64,000 nucleotides of DNA from Verrucomicrobiaceae bacterium (GCA_051252135.1 JBPOGH010000021.1:9906-73905), one strand, 5' to 3'; positions 1 to 10,180 are shown, counted from the first letter of the stretch. The notes: generated by a model not told the origin, from the letters alone. Numbers and translations: made by a program.

Positions 1-738
1 CAACCCCTTCGCCACCTCAAACCACCCCTCCATCAGCCCCACCGCCTTCGCCGCAGAAAGCCCCGTCGCCACAAACCGCTGCGCCCCAAACGTCGCCCGC
101 GCCTCCCGCGTCTCAAACTCCATCGACGTCACCACCCCAAAATTCCCGTTCCCGCCCCCCCGGCACGCCCACAGCAAATCCCCATCCTCATCCGAATCAA
201 TCACCGCCCCGCTCCCATCCACCATCTTCACCCGCGTCAGGTGATCACACGTCAACCCATACTCCCGCGCAAACAACCCGTATCCTCCCCCCAGCGCCAA
301 CCCACCCAACCCCACCCCCGCGCACGATCCCGCCGGCAGCAACCGCCCCTGCGGCAACAGCAAATCATACAACGCCCCCAACTTCACCCCCGGCCCCGCC
401 ACCAGCCTATTCGTCTCCGGCAAATAAACCTTCTGCGAAAGCCCCGCCAAATCGATCACCAGCCCGCCGTCATTCAAACAACTCCCGATAAAACAATGCC
501 CGCCCGACTTGATCGCCACCGGCAACCCTTCCCCCCTCGCAAAGCCCACCGCCTTCACCACCTCCTCCTCACTCCGGCACCGCGCCACATACCGCGGACT
601 CGCCGAGAGATCGGAATTAAAAATCCTCCGGCTCTCCTCATACCCCGCATCCCCCGCCTTCAAATAACCCTCCTCCGCCCGCGAGATAAACGGAAAACCC
701 GCCAACACACCCGTCGCCAAAAAATTCCGCCGCTTCAC
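1..738 (-). CDS. FAD-binding oxidoreductase (FAD_binding_4/BBE type), probable Tat substrate; 3' end runs off the window
   Basis: Manual minus-strand translation from GTG at 738: (M)KRRNFLATGVLAG...LPAGSCAGVGLGGLALGGGYGLFAREYGLTCD...DLLWACRGGGNGNFGVVT. Not in the ORF track because the stop lies outside the window. Confidence 0.85.
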   Translation of the reverse strand, partial: MKRRNFLATGVLAGFPFISRAEEGYLKAGDAGYEESRRIFNSDLSASPRYVARCRSEEEVVKAVGFARGEGLPVAIKSGGHCFIGSCLNDGGLVIDLAGLSQKVYLPETNRLVAGPGVKLGALYDLLLPQGRLLPAGSCAGVGLGGLALGGGYGLFAREYGLTCDHLTRVKMVDGSGAVIDSDEDGDLLWACRGGGNGNFGVVTSMEFETREARATFGAQRFVATGLSAAKAVGLMEGWFEVAKGL

Positions 739-827
739 TCCTCAAAAATACCGTCCCCCGTCACGAAAGTCTCTCACCAAAGACTCCCGCCCTACTTTCC
801 CGCGCAAACCCCTCCTCCATCAACCCC

Positions 828-1817
828 TCACAAACCCCGCGCCTTCTTCGCCGCCGCAATCCACGCCCGGTCCACCTTCGAAAGATTCGCCTCCGTCGTC
901 TGCAACCTCTTCCCGTCCGGCTCCACCAGCAACAGCCGCCCCTTCTGATACCGTGCCAACTTCGCAAAAACCACCTGCCCGTTGCTCCCCGTCCATTCGC
1001 GATACCCCTTCGCCGCCATCCCCTTCTTCCACACCGAGTGGTTGTGCTCATGCGTCAGCACCACATTCTTCATCTTCCACCAATACTCCCCCGCCGACCC
1101 CTTCTTATACCCCCGATACTGCGCCAACACCCCCTTCGACGGACTCTCCATCACCACCGCCGGAAGACCCAACACCCGATACTTCTTCTTCATCCGCGCC
1201 GCATATTCCCGCGATCTCGCCTCATCATTCATAATCTCCCCGTTCTCACCCCTCGCTCCCTTTTTACCCGCCAGATCAATCTTGAGCCGAATCACCTTCT
1301 CCTTCGCCCAACTCTTGAAGTCCGACCGCGCAAACACCTCCCGGCTCAAGGTCTTGCACAACGGACTCGGCGAATCCCCGGTCTGCGTAAACCAGATCAA
1401 CATCGGCTTCCCCGTCCGCATCGCCTCCCGCTTGGCCTCCCCATAGCTGTCATACCAAAGACTCTTCGGCTTCACCACATGCGTAAACGCCTTGTCAAAG
1501 GCGATGTCAGCCGTCGGATCATCCTCGTCCGACCACACAATATCGGAGTCCGAGGGCAGGGTGTATCCCTGAATCTTCACCTCCCCCGCCTTCACGTTCG
1601 TCGGCAAATAACCCATCGCCTCAGTCGGCGCCTTCCCCACCGCAATCCCATCGGTCTCAGGCGGCTTCTGAAAGCCCATCCCCGCAAATCCTCCCCCCAC
1701 CGAACCCTCCTCACCGGAACCCTCCGCCTCCTTGTACTTCGGCCTGATCGTCTGCACGTCCATAAAGTCGCCGCAGGAACACAGCACCATCGGGAGAAGC
1801 AGAAGGAAACATTTCAT
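828..1817 (-). CDS. Lipoprotein with thioredoxin-like domain and C-terminal SHD1-like domain
   Basis: MKCFLLLLPMVLCSC lipobox; 'AKREAMRTGKPMLIWFT..SPLCKTLSREVF' thioredoxin-like; 'YREWTGSNG..FAKL...LSKVDRAWI' SHD1-like. Start moved from 2036 to ATG 1817. Confidence 0.7.
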   Translation of the reverse strand: MKCFLLLLPMVLCSCGDFMDVQTIRPKYKEAEGSGEEGSVGGGFAGMGFQKPPETDGIAVGKAPTEAMGYLPTNVKAGEVKIQGYTLPSDSDIVWSDEDDPTADIAFDKAFTHVVKPKSLWYDSYGEAKREAMRTGKPMLIWFTQTGDSPSPLCKTLSREVFARSDFKSWAKEKVIRLKIDLAGKKGARGENGEIMNDEARSREYAARMKKKYRVLGLPAVVMESPSKGVLAQYRGYKKGSAGEYWWKMKNVVLTHEHNHSVWKKGMAAKGYREWTGSNGQVVFAKLARYQKGRLLLVEPDGKRLQTTEANLSKVDRAWIAAAKKARGL

Positions 1818-1908
1818 GGCTGGATCATAAAAAAGGCCGCGCAGGATGCAAGGCAAGGCAGGCATCAAGGACTTGCGAAGGCCATCCGGATCGCTATGGT
1901 CTCGCCCC

Positions 1909-3699
1909 GTGAAGCACCTCAATCTTCTCCGCCTTCTTCTCCTAGCGATGCTCTCCCTGGGTTTTGTCTCCACCGCATTCGCCGCCAGTGGCCATGCCGA
2001 ACCGTCATACTCTGCCGAAGAATACGCCCTGGACAAAGACCGCTACGCCAAATTCCCCCTCCCCCTCTCGGTATACGACGAGGTCGAGGAAGAAGACTGG
2101 GGCATCTGGGACCGCCTCAAATACCGTGCCACGGCACAAGGAGGCTTCAACCTCGTTGCCTCCATCATTTTCCTCTGCGCCATCCTCCACACCTTCCTCA
2201 GCGGATACTTCATCGAAATCGCCCACGTCCACGAAAAACGCCACCGCAAGCAAATCGAGGAAATGGGCCTCACCGCCGAAGCCAAACCACAGCCGGACGC
2301 CAAAGACCACGTCTCCTTCCGCGCCAACCTCTTCCACTTCCTCGGAGAAGTGGAAGCCGTCTTCGGCCTCTGGGTCATCGCCCTCGCCGGCGCCGTCCTC
2401 TGGTTCTTCGGCATCCAGGGCGACGGCCTCTTCAGCGGAGTGGAGCAAATCAAAAACTACCTCGCCAAGGACGTCAATTTCACCGAGCCCATCTTCGTCG
2501 TCATCATCATGGCCACCGCCGCCACCCGACCCGTGGTCCGCTTCTCCGAGTTCATCGTCGATAAATTCGCCAAAATCTTCGGCGGCGGCCCCGCCGCCTG
2601 GTGGTTCTCCGCCCTCACCATCACCCCCCTCCTCGGCTCCTTCATCACCGAGCCCGCCGCGATGACCATCGCCGCCTTCCTCCTCTCGAAAAAATTCTTC
2701 GATCTCAACCCTCCCAAGAAGTTCGCCTACGCCACCCTCGGCCTCCTCTTCGTCAACATCTCGGTCGGCGGAACCCTCACCCATTTCGCCGCTCCCCCCG
2801 TCCTCATGATTGCCCAGAAATGGTCCTTCGGCATGAGCTACATGTTCCTCAACCTCGGTTGGAAGGCCGCCGTCGGCATCCTCATTTCCAATGCCGTCTA
2901 CTTCTACTACTTCCGCAAGGAATTCAAGGGACTCAAAAAAACCGATACCCAGGACATGCACCACCCCTCAAAATGGGCTGATCGCGAGGACCCCATCCCC
3001 CTCTGGATCACCGTGATGCACCTCTTCTTCCTCGCGTGGACCGTCGCCTTTGCCCACTACCCCGTCATGTTCATCGGCGGTTTCCTCTTCCTCCTCGGCT
3101 TCACCCAGGCCACCGGACACCACCAAAATGACGTCCACATGAAGAGCCCCGTCCTCGTCGGATTCTTCCTCGCCGGACTCGTCATCCACGGCGGCTGCCA
3201 GGGTTGGTGGATCTCCGTCCTCCTCACCTCCATCGACAACCAGTGGGTCCTCATGATCGGCTCCACCGTCCTCACCGCCTTCAACGATAACGCCGCCATC
3301 ACCTACCTCGCCTCCCAGGCCCCGGGCCTCTCCATCGGCGCAAAATACGCCATCGTTGCCGGTGCCGTCACCGGCGGCGGACTCACCGTCATCGCCAACG
3401 CCCCCAACCCCGCCGGACAATCCATCCTCGGACGCTACTTCTCAGGCGGCGTCGCCCCCCTCGGCCTCCTCAAAGCCGCCTTCGTTCCCACCATCATCGT
3501 CGGCGCCTGCTTCATGCTCATCCCCACCAACGGCATGAAAGTCGACCCCAAAGCCGCCGTCGAACCCACCCACATCGAATCCCACGAGGGCACCGGCGTC
3601 TTCGAAGGCTCGGGCTCCTTCCACGGCGATGGCCGCTTTGAAGGCACCGGAACCTTCCACGGCGAGGGCACCTTCGAACCAGCACCCGACTCAGAATAA
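1909..3699 (+). CDS. Putative Na+/H+ antiporter (DUF1504 / Na_H_antiport_3 type)
   Basis: Polytopic membrane protein with 'FHFLGEVEAVFGLW', 'GSFITEPAAMT', 'NISVGGTLTHFAAPPVLM', 'GAVTGGGLTVIANAPNPAG'. Start approximate (GTG 1909). Confidence 0.8.
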   Translation: MKHLNLLRLLLLAMLSLGFVSTAFAASGHAEPSYSAEEYALDKDRYAKFPLPLSVYDEVEEEDWGIWDRLKYRATAQGGFNLVASIIFLCAILHTFLSGYFIEIAHVHEKRHRKQIEEMGLTAEAKPQPDAKDHVSFRANLFHFLGEVEAVFGLWVIALAGAVLWFFGIQGDGLFSGVEQIKNYLAKDVNFTEPIFVVIIMATAATRPVVRFSEFIVDKFAKIFGGGPAAWWFSALTITPLLGSFITEPAAMTIAAFLLSKKFFDLNPPKKFAYATLGLLFVNISVGGTLTHFAAPPVLMIAQKWSFGMSYMFLNLGWKAAVGILISNAVYFYYFRKEFKGLKKTDTQDMHHPSKWADREDPIPLWITVMHLFFLAWTVAFAHYPVMFIGGFLFLLGFTQATGHHQNDVHMKSPVLVGFFLAGLVIHGGCQGWWISVLLTSIDNQWVLMIGSTVLTAFNDNAAITYLASQAPGLSIGAKYAIVAGAVTGGGLTVIANAPNPAGQSILGRYFSGGVAPLGLLKAAFVPTIIVGACFMLIPTNGMKVDPKAAVEPTHIESHEGTGVFEGSGSFHGDGRFEGTGTFHGEGTFEPAPDSE

Positions 3700-3705
3700 A
3701 CCACC

Positions 3706-4287
3706 ATGTTCACCGGCCTCGTCGAAGCCTGCGGGCGCGTCACCTCTCTCACCGGGAAAGGCGAACAGGCCCGCCTCGAACTCGATATCCCCTTCGCGGA
3801 CGAGCTCGCCCTTGGCGACTCCGTAGCCGTCAACGGATGCTGCCTCACCGTCGCCGCCCTCGGTAACCCGGTCGCCTTCGACCTCCTCGCCCAAACCCTC
3901 AAGGTCACCTCCCTCGGACGACTGACCGACGGACGCCTCGTCAATCTCGAGCGCGCCCTCGCCATCGGCGACCGCCTCGGCGGACACTTCGTCCAGGGAC
4001 ACGTCGATAACACCGGCACCATCATCGACCTCTCGCCCCTCGGCCAGGACTACCGCCTCGAGGTCAGCCTCCCGCCCGATATCGAAGCCCTCTGCCTCGA
4101 CAAAGGCTCCCTCTCCATCGACGGCATCTCCCTCACCATCGCCGAACTCACCAAGGACTCCGCCGTCTTCTGGATCACCCCGCACACCTTCACCGCGACC
4201 CACCTCCACGAAGCCGCCGTCGGGCAAATCGTAAATCTCGAAGCCGACCTCCTCGCGAAATACGTCAAAAAACTCGTCGTTAAATAA
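3706..4287 (+). CDS. ribE: Riboflavin synthase (alpha chain)
   Basis: MFTGLVE N-terminus, GDSVAVNGCCLTV, VNLERAL..GDRLGGHFVQGHVD. Confidence 0.97.
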   Translation: MFTGLVEACGRVTSLTGKGEQARLELDIPFADELALGDSVAVNGCCLTVAALGNPVAFDLLAQTLKVTSLGRLTDGRLVNLERALAIGDRLGGHFVQGHVDNTGTIIDLSPLGQDYRLEVSLPPDIEALCLDKGSLSIDGISLTIAELTKDSAVFWITPHTFTATHLHEAAVGQIVNLEADLLAKYVKKLVVK

Positions 4288-4291
4288 TTCC

Positions 4292-5029
4292 ATGAAATCC
4301 ATCACCCGCACCATCCTCACCCTCATCTTCGCCGCCCAATCACTGCCCGCCCAGCAGCCGGCCTCCGAGGTTCCCGCATGAGTCATGTGACCGGGTGAAG
4401 CGGGCACCGTGCGTGGCCGTTCGGATGATGGAACTTGCGCTGACACCTTTCGTGATCTCGCTTTCCTTGACGAGAGCAGCAACCCCTTGCTCCAAAACCT
4501 CGGCGGACTCCTCAAAAAGCCCGCCGATCCCATGGGCTTCTCCTTCTACGCCCGCTGGGTGCCCGAAAAACCGGATCATGGAAAATACTACATGAACCTC
4601 GGCTACCAGGTCACCGACTCCCTCCGCCTCGGTGTCGACTGGCGACCCCTCACCGGCGACGTCAGCCCGCTCGTCAACTGGCGCGCCCTCTCCGAAACAG
4701 ACTCCCGCCCCGCCCTCATCCTCGGCATGAGCAACGACGACTTCGGAAACATCAACAGCGACTCCTACTACGGCACCTTCTCCAAACACGTCGGCACCTT
4801 CAAGGACATCAACATCTCCCTCTACGGCGGTGCCACCTACATCGAAAACCTCGGGGAAATCCGCCCCGTCGGTGGCCTCCACTGGAGCAAGGGCGCCTGG
4901 TCCGGACTCCTCATGTACAGCGGAGTCGACGAGCACGCCTCCATCTCACGGAGACTCGGCCGACACACCGTCACCTTCCTCATGTTCGACCTGAAACTGC
5001 CCGGCGTCGCCTACGGATATTCATTCTAA
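4292..5029 (+). CDS. Candidate selenoprotein with U-x-x-U motif: exported, beta-barrel-like protein of 245 aa (in-frame TGA at 4379-4381 and 4388-4390)
   Basis: ATG 4 nt after the ribE stop encodes a signal peptide MKSITRTILTLIFAAQSLPA-QQPASEVPA, then TGA-GTC-ATG-TGA, then continues in frame into the track ORF 4409..5029. Ends in AYGYSF (C-terminal Phe typical of outer-membrane barrels). Confidence 0.75.
4391..4424 (+). promoter_or_regulatory. Candidate bacterial SECIS hairpin(s) for the UxxU gene
   Basis: GAAGCGGGCAC-CGTGC-GTGGCCGTTC (4397-4422) pairs imperfectly, with a GU-containing loop 17 nt after the second UGA. An alternative GGTG-AAGCGGG-CACC hairpin has its loop 16 nt after the first UGA. 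Confidence 0.5.
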
Positions 5030-5044
5030 CAAAAAAGACATCCG

Positions 5045-6298
5045 GTGGCCCACTTCCTCAACCGATGGCTCTGGGCCGCCCTCCTCCTCGTCGCCACCGC
5101 CGTCACCTGGAACCACCGCTTCACTCCGGCCCCGCATCCGCTCAACCAACTGACTTTCGAGAATCCCCTTCTCCAACAAAGTCCCCTCCCCGCAAAAAAC
5201 CGCCCCCTCTTTATCGAGGAAAATGGCGAAACCATCCTGCGCCTCCAGCGCCCCACCGTCGACGACCGCCCCCACGCCTTCTCCGTCAGGTTGGACCACC
5301 TCGAAGACCTGAGGTTCATCCACATCTCCTGCGACTACCGCTGGGAAGATGTCACCCTCGGCAGACATGACTGGGAGTTCGCCCGCTGCGTCATCATGGA
5401 TCGCAATGCCGCCGGAGAATGGATCTACCCCACCGACTTCTCCCTCTTCCAGGGAACCGGCAATCAGGATTGGACCCAATTCAACGTGGTCCGGGAACTC
5501 ACCGACCTCTCCCGGGAATCCCAAATCTCCTTCCAGATGCTCGGCGCAACCGGCACCCTCGAAGCAAAAAACTTCCGCGTCTTCAAGCTCACCCAGCGCC
5601 CGTGGTTCCCTCCCGTCATCGCCCTCCTTTGCCTCGCCTGGACCACCTGGTTCTTCCTCCTCTTCAAAAAAATCGGCGTCACCGGCTGGCTCAGACCCAC
5701 CCTCGCCAGCCTCCTCCTTCTCGCCTCCGCCTGGGCTGGGGTCTTCCCCCAAACCAGCACCCTCCTCATGCCCGTCCTCGGAAGCTTCAATCTCACCCTC
5801 CCCGCCCTCACCCCACCCCCACCTTCGCCCTCCCCCGTCGCCACCCAAACCCCCTCCCCGCCCCCAAAAACCACCACCCCACCCAAAATCACGCCCCCCG
5901 CTCCCGACCCAACTCCGGCACCCGCACCGGATCCCTCCCCAACGGTCACCACCCCCTCGCCTACCCCGCCTCCACCGGAATCCCGCAGCAGCGGCTTCTT
6001 CAACCAACATCTGCGGGCCCTCGTCCATCGCTTCAAAGCCGTCCACCTCTTGATTTTCGCCGGCCTCACCCTCCTCTTCCTCTCCATCACCGCCCAACGG
6101 AAATCGTGGCTCATCGTCGCCGGTCTCGCCACCCTCAGCGAGACCATCCCCCCACTCGTCCGATACGGCTACAACCTCTGGGACATCGTCGATCTATCCC
6201 TCAACCTCGCCGGAATCGCCCTCGGACTCCTCCTCTGGAATCTCCTCCTCCCCCTTTTCCGAAAAATCCGCCTCATCCCCCAAGGCCCCACCTCATGA
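5045..6298 (+). CDS. Membrane protein with periplasmic domain, Pro/Thr-rich linker and C-terminal VanZ-like domain
   Basis: 'KAVHLLIFAGLTLL...ATLSETI......DIVDLSLNLAGIALG' is VanZ-like; Pro-rich tract at about 5800-5980. Confidence 0.65.
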   Translation: MAHFLNRWLWAALLLVATAVTWNHRFTPAPHPLNQLTFENPLLQQSPLPAKNRPLFIEENGETILRLQRPTVDDRPHAFSVRLDHLEDLRFIHISCDYRWEDVTLGRHDWEFARCVIMDRNAAGEWIYPTDFSLFQGTGNQDWTQFNVVRELTDLSRESQISFQMLGATGTLEAKNFRVFKLTQRPWFPPVIALLCLAWTTWFFLLFKKIGVTGWLRPTLASLLLLASAWAGVFPQTSTLLMPVLGSFNLTLPALTPPPPSPSPVATQTPSPPPKTTTPPKITPPAPDPTPAPAPDPSPTVTTPSPTPPPPESRSSGFFNQHLRALVHRFKAVHLLIFAGLTLLFLSITAQRKSWLIVAGLATLSETIPPLVRYGYNLWDIVDLSLNLAGIALGLLLWNLLLPLFRKIRLIPQGPTS

Positions 6299-6365
6299 GA
6301 ATCCGCCTCGACATTGGAAAATCGCCCCCTATCCTCGCGCGCCCGCGCCTCAACGCGCTGTCCCC

Positions 6366-7646
6366 ATGGCCAAAGGATTCCAAAGTCTCCCCGGTTTTCG
6401 CGACTTCCGTCCCGAAGACTGCGCGGTCCGCAACTACCTCTTCCGCGCTTGTCGCGAGGTAGCCCGTCGCTACGGCTTCGTGGAATACGAAACCCCCATC
6501 CTCGAACCCACCGAGCTCTACCAAAAGAAAGCCGGCGGCGAACTCAACAGCCAACTCTTCCGCTTCGAGGACCAGGGCGGACGCGACATCACCCTCCGCC
6601 CGGAGGTCACCGCCTCCCTCGCCCGCCTCGTCACTTCCGTCCAGCGCGACTACCCCAAGCCCCTCCGCTGGTTCGAGATCGGACAGTGCTTCCGCTACGA
6701 AAAACCCCAAAAAGGCCGCACCCGCGAATTCTACCAGTTCAATGTCGACCTCCTCGGCGAATCCTCCTCCGGTGCCGACGCCGAACTCATCGCCCTCTCC
6801 ATCGACCTCATGGTCGAGCTCGGCTTCCAGCCTGGCGACTTCGTCATCCGCCTCTCCGACCGCTCCTACTGGCAGGAATTCGGATCAGCCAAAGGCCTCA
6901 ACCCGGCCCAAATCGACTCCCTCCTTCAAATCGTCGATAAGCTCGAACGCGAAAAACCGGAAGTCACCGAGGAAAAACTGACCACCCTCGGACTCACCAC
7001 CGCCGAAGTCCGGGACGCCATCAGCAACCCCGCTTCCCTCGGCGAAAATCTCGACGCCGTCCTCGCCAACCTCACTGCCCGGGGCATGCAGGACTTCATC
7101 GAGATCGACCTCTCCATCGTCCGCGGACTCGCCTACTACACCGGCGTCGTCTTCGAGGTCTTCGACGCCAAAAAATCTCTCCGAGCCGTCGCCGGAGGCG
7201 GCCGCTACGACTCCCTCCTCTCCGCCCTCTCGGACGGAAACGTCGACCTCCCCGCCGCCGGGTTCGCCATCGGCGATGTCGTCATCCGCCACCTCATCGA
7301 GGAAACCCCGCACGCCGCGGAAAAAATGCAGGCCGCCATCAAATCGCAAAGCGGCTGCGATGTCTTCCTCGTCCTCGCCGACGACGCCCAACAAGCCAAC
7401 GCCCTCGCCCTGGCCTCACAGCTCCGTGCCGCCGGCCTCGCCACCACCTTCCCCCTCGCCCCCGCCAAGGTCGGCAAGCAATTCAAACAAGCCGAACAGG
7501 CCGGAGCACGCTTCGCCCTCGTCATCGGCGCCGAGTTCCCCGAACTCACCCTCAAAATCCTTTCCTCAAGAACTGAAGAAACCATCCCGGCATCCGCCAA
7601 CGCAGTGGAGATCATCCTCCAACGCCAACAATCCATCGAATCATGA
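6366..7646 (+). CDS. hisS: Histidine--tRNA ligase
   Basis: LRPEVTASLAR, FRYEKPQKGRTREFYQ, VRGLAYYTG, GGGRYD; ATGA overlap with aspS. Confidence 0.95.
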   Translation: MAKGFQSLPGFRDFRPEDCAVRNYLFRACREVARRYGFVEYETPILEPTELYQKKAGGELNSQLFRFEDQGGRDITLRPEVTASLARLVTSVQRDYPKPLRWFEIGQCFRYEKPQKGRTREFYQFNVDLLGESSSGADAELIALSIDLMVELGFQPGDFVIRLSDRSYWQEFGSAKGLNPAQIDSLLQIVDKLEREKPEVTEEKLTTLGLTTAEVRDAISNPASLGENLDAVLANLTARGMQDFIEIDLSIVRGLAYYTGVVFEVFDAKKSLRAVAGGGRYDSLLSALSDGNVDLPAAGFAIGDVVIRHLIEETPHAAEKMQAAIKSQSGCDVFLVLADDAQQANALALASQLRAAGLATTFPLAPAKVGKQFKQAEQAGARFALVIGAEFPELTLKILSSRTEETIPASANAVEIILQRQQSIES

Positions 7647-9442
7647 GAACGCATCACTGCAACGAAATCCGCACCGAGCACATTGGACAAACCGTCACCC
7701 TCATCGGGTGGGTCAATACCGTCCGTGACCAGGGAGGCGTCATCTTCATCGATATCCGCGACCGCGAAGGCCTCACCCAGTGCGTCTTCCGCTCCGAGGT
7801 CTCCCCCGAGGCCGCCGAACTCTCACACAAACTCCGCTCGGAGGACGTCGTCCAGGTCACCGGAAAAGTCGACGAACGACTCAAAACCGACGACGTCGAC
7901 ACCAAGAACGACAACCTCGAAACAGGTGAAGTCGAGATCGTCGCCACCGAACTCAAGATCGTCAACAAGGCCGAAGTCCTCCCCTTCCAGCTCGACAAGG
8001 AACTCTCCAACGAGGACCTCCGCCTCAAGCACCGCTACCTCGACCTCCGTCGCCCGCGCCTCACCAACAACCTCCGCCAGCGCCACCTCATCGCCAAGGC
8101 CGCCCGCGACTTCCTCTCCGACGAAGGTTTCATCGAGGTCGAAACCCCCATTTTGTCAAAGGCCACCCCCGAAGGCGCCCGCGACTTCCTCGTCCCCTCC
8201 CGCATCAACCCCGGCAAGTTCTACGCCCTCCCCCAGGCACCCCAGCAGTACAAACAAATGCTCATGGTCGCCGGCATCGAGCGCTACTTCCAGATCGCCA
8301 AGTGCTTCCGTGACGAAGACCTCCGCGCCGACCGCCAGCCCGAATTCACCCAGATCGACCTCGAAGCCTCCTTCGTCGACCAGGATGACATCATCGGCAT
8401 CGTCGAAGGCCTCCTCGCCTCCATGTTCTCCAAGTCCCGCGGCGTCGACGTCCCCACTCCCTTCGAAAGATTGACCTGGAAGGATGCCATGAACCGCTTC
8501 GGTTCCGACAAGCCCGAACGCCGCATCGGCATGGAACTCGTCGACCTCACCGAGGACCTCAAGGACTGCGACTTCCGCGTCTTCTCCGGCACCATCCAAA
8601 ATGGCGGAGTCGTCAAGGCCATCAACGCCAAGGGATTTGCCGACATCTCCACCGGCCAGATCGACAAGCTCACCAAACTCGCCCAGGAAGCCGGAGCCAA
8701 AGGCCTCGCCTACATCCAGGTCCGTGGTGACGAGGTCTCCGCCTGGCGCTCCCCCTTCTCCAAGCGCCTCACCGAGGCCGAGGTCGAAGCACTCCGCACC
8801 AAGCTCAACATCGAAGAAGGAGACCTCATCCTCTTCGCCGCCGACAAATGGGAACCCGCCTGCGAAGTCCTCGGACGTATCCGCATGGAGGTCTGCTCAC
8901 TCAAAAATCTCCTCGAAGGAAATGACGACCTCGACTTCCTCTGGGTCACCGAATTCCCCCTCCTCGCCTACGACGAGGAAGAGGATCGCCACGTCGCCGT
9001 CCACCACCCCTTCACCCGTCCCCTCAAGGAAGACGAAGAGAAACTCAAAAATGGCGAACTCGACGGACTCCGCGCCCAGGCTTACGACGTCGTCCTCAAC
9101 GGCTACGAACTCGGCGGTGGCTCCATCCGAATCCACGAGGCCGACCTCCAAAGCTCCATGTTCAAAGCCCTCGGCATTTCCGAAGAGGAAGCCGCCGCGG
9201 AATTCGCCCACATCCTCGACGCCTTCAAGTTCGGCGCCCCACCGCACGGCGGACTCGCCCTCGGACTCGACCGCGTCGTCATGCTCGCTTGCCGTGAGGA
9301 CTCCATTCGCGAGGTCATCGCCTTCCCGAAGAACAACAAAGGCATGGAAATCATGACCTCCTCCCCCGGCGTCGCCACCGGAACCGCCCTCCGCGACCTC
9401 CGCATCAAGTCGACCTACACCGAAAAGCCCAAGTCCGAATAA
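7643..9442 (+). CDS. aspS: Aspartate--tRNA ligase
   Basis: MRTHHC, RDQGGVIFIDIRD, TPEGARDFLVPSR, CFRDEDLRADRQPEFTQID, GAPPHGGLALGLDR. Confidence 0.98.
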   Translation: MRTHHCNEIRTEHIGQTVTLIGWVNTVRDQGGVIFIDIRDREGLTQCVFRSEVSPEAAELSHKLRSEDVVQVTGKVDERLKTDDVDTKNDNLETGEVEIVATELKIVNKAEVLPFQLDKELSNEDLRLKHRYLDLRRPRLTNNLRQRHLIAKAARDFLSDEGFIEVETPILSKATPEGARDFLVPSRINPGKFYALPQAPQQYKQMLMVAGIERYFQIAKCFRDEDLRADRQPEFTQIDLEASFVDQDDIIGIVEGLLASMFSKSRGVDVPTPFERLTWKDAMNRFGSDKPERRIGMELVDLTEDLKDCDFRVFSGTIQNGGVVKAINAKGFADISTGQIDKLTKLAQEAGAKGLAYIQVRGDEVSAWRSPFSKRLTEAEVEALRTKLNIEEGDLILFAADKWEPACEVLGRIRMEVCSLKNLLEGNDDLDFLWVTEFPLLAYDEEEDRHVAVHHPFTRPLKEDEEKLKNGELDGLRAQAYDVVLNGYELGGGSIRIHEADLQSSMFKALGISEEEAAAEFAHILDAFKFGAPPHGGLALGLDRVVMLACREDSIREVIAFPKNNKGMEIMTSSPGVATGTALRDLRIKSTYTEKPKSE

Positions 9443-9484
9443 GCAAAGTTGACCCGCAAAGGGCAAACTCCCAGAGTGTCCACG

Positions 9485-10180
9485 ATGAAGAACGTAATCC
9501 TTCTCGGACTGGGCACTCTCGCTACTCTCCCGACCCTTGCCGAAATCGACCCCGGGATCCCTTTCGGCATCGAGGGAGTGGCCGGCATCCGCACCGGTTA
9601 CGTTTACCGCGGCTTCGAGCTCGCCAAAACCTCCTCCGAACTCCAGTTCCAGGCCGAGATCGCACTCTCCAACGAATCCGCCATCAACCTCGGAGCCTGG
9701 CACCTCTCCGAAAGCGACGGCCCCTTTTCAGAGACCGGAACCTTCATCGACCTCCGCCACGAGATCACCGATAAAACCCTCGTCGGAGCCTCCCTCACCT
9801 ACCGCAACTTCCGCGGCTCCCTCCTCAAAAGCGGCCTCGACCTCGGCCTCTTCGCCCACCACCAATTTTCCGATAACTGGGACGCAAAAACCGGAATCTA
9901 CTTCGACACCGGTAACGACTCCATCTACGCCGATGCCAACCTCCGCTGGAGCCACCCCATCTCGGACTCCACCTTCATCTCGCTCGAGAACGGCGTAAGC
10001 TACGTCTCCGATTACCTGAATCGCGACGGCTTCAACGACCTCCACGGCCGACTCTCCCTCACCTACGCCCTCTCGGATTCCGTCGCCTTCACCCCCTTCC
10101 TCGGCTGGAGCATCCAGCTCGATGACAAAACTGCCGGCGATGCCGCCTACGGAGGTGTCTGGTTCGAGGTTATTTTCTAG
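9485..10180 (+). CDS. Putative outer-membrane beta-barrel (TorF/Gcw_chp-like)
   Basis: Signal peptide, 'TGYVYRG' motif, alternating beta-strands, C-terminal WFEVIF. Confidence 0.6.
   Translation: MKNVILLGLGTLATLPTLAEIDPGIPFGIEGVAGIRTGYVYRGFELAKTSSELQFQAEIALSNESAINLGAWHLSESDGPFSETGTFIDLRHEITDKTLVGASLTYRNFRGSLLKSGLDLGLFAHHQFSDNWDAKTGIYFDTGNDSIYADANLRWSHPISDSTFISLENGVSYVSDYLNRDGFNDLHGRLSLTYALSDSVAFTPFLGWSIQLDDKTAGDAAYGGVWFEVIF

Noticed and set aside
828..1817. Hidden Sec in the thioredoxin-like lipoprotein
   Set aside because: The active-site region reads SPLC with no in-frame TGA; it is simply an SxxC variant.
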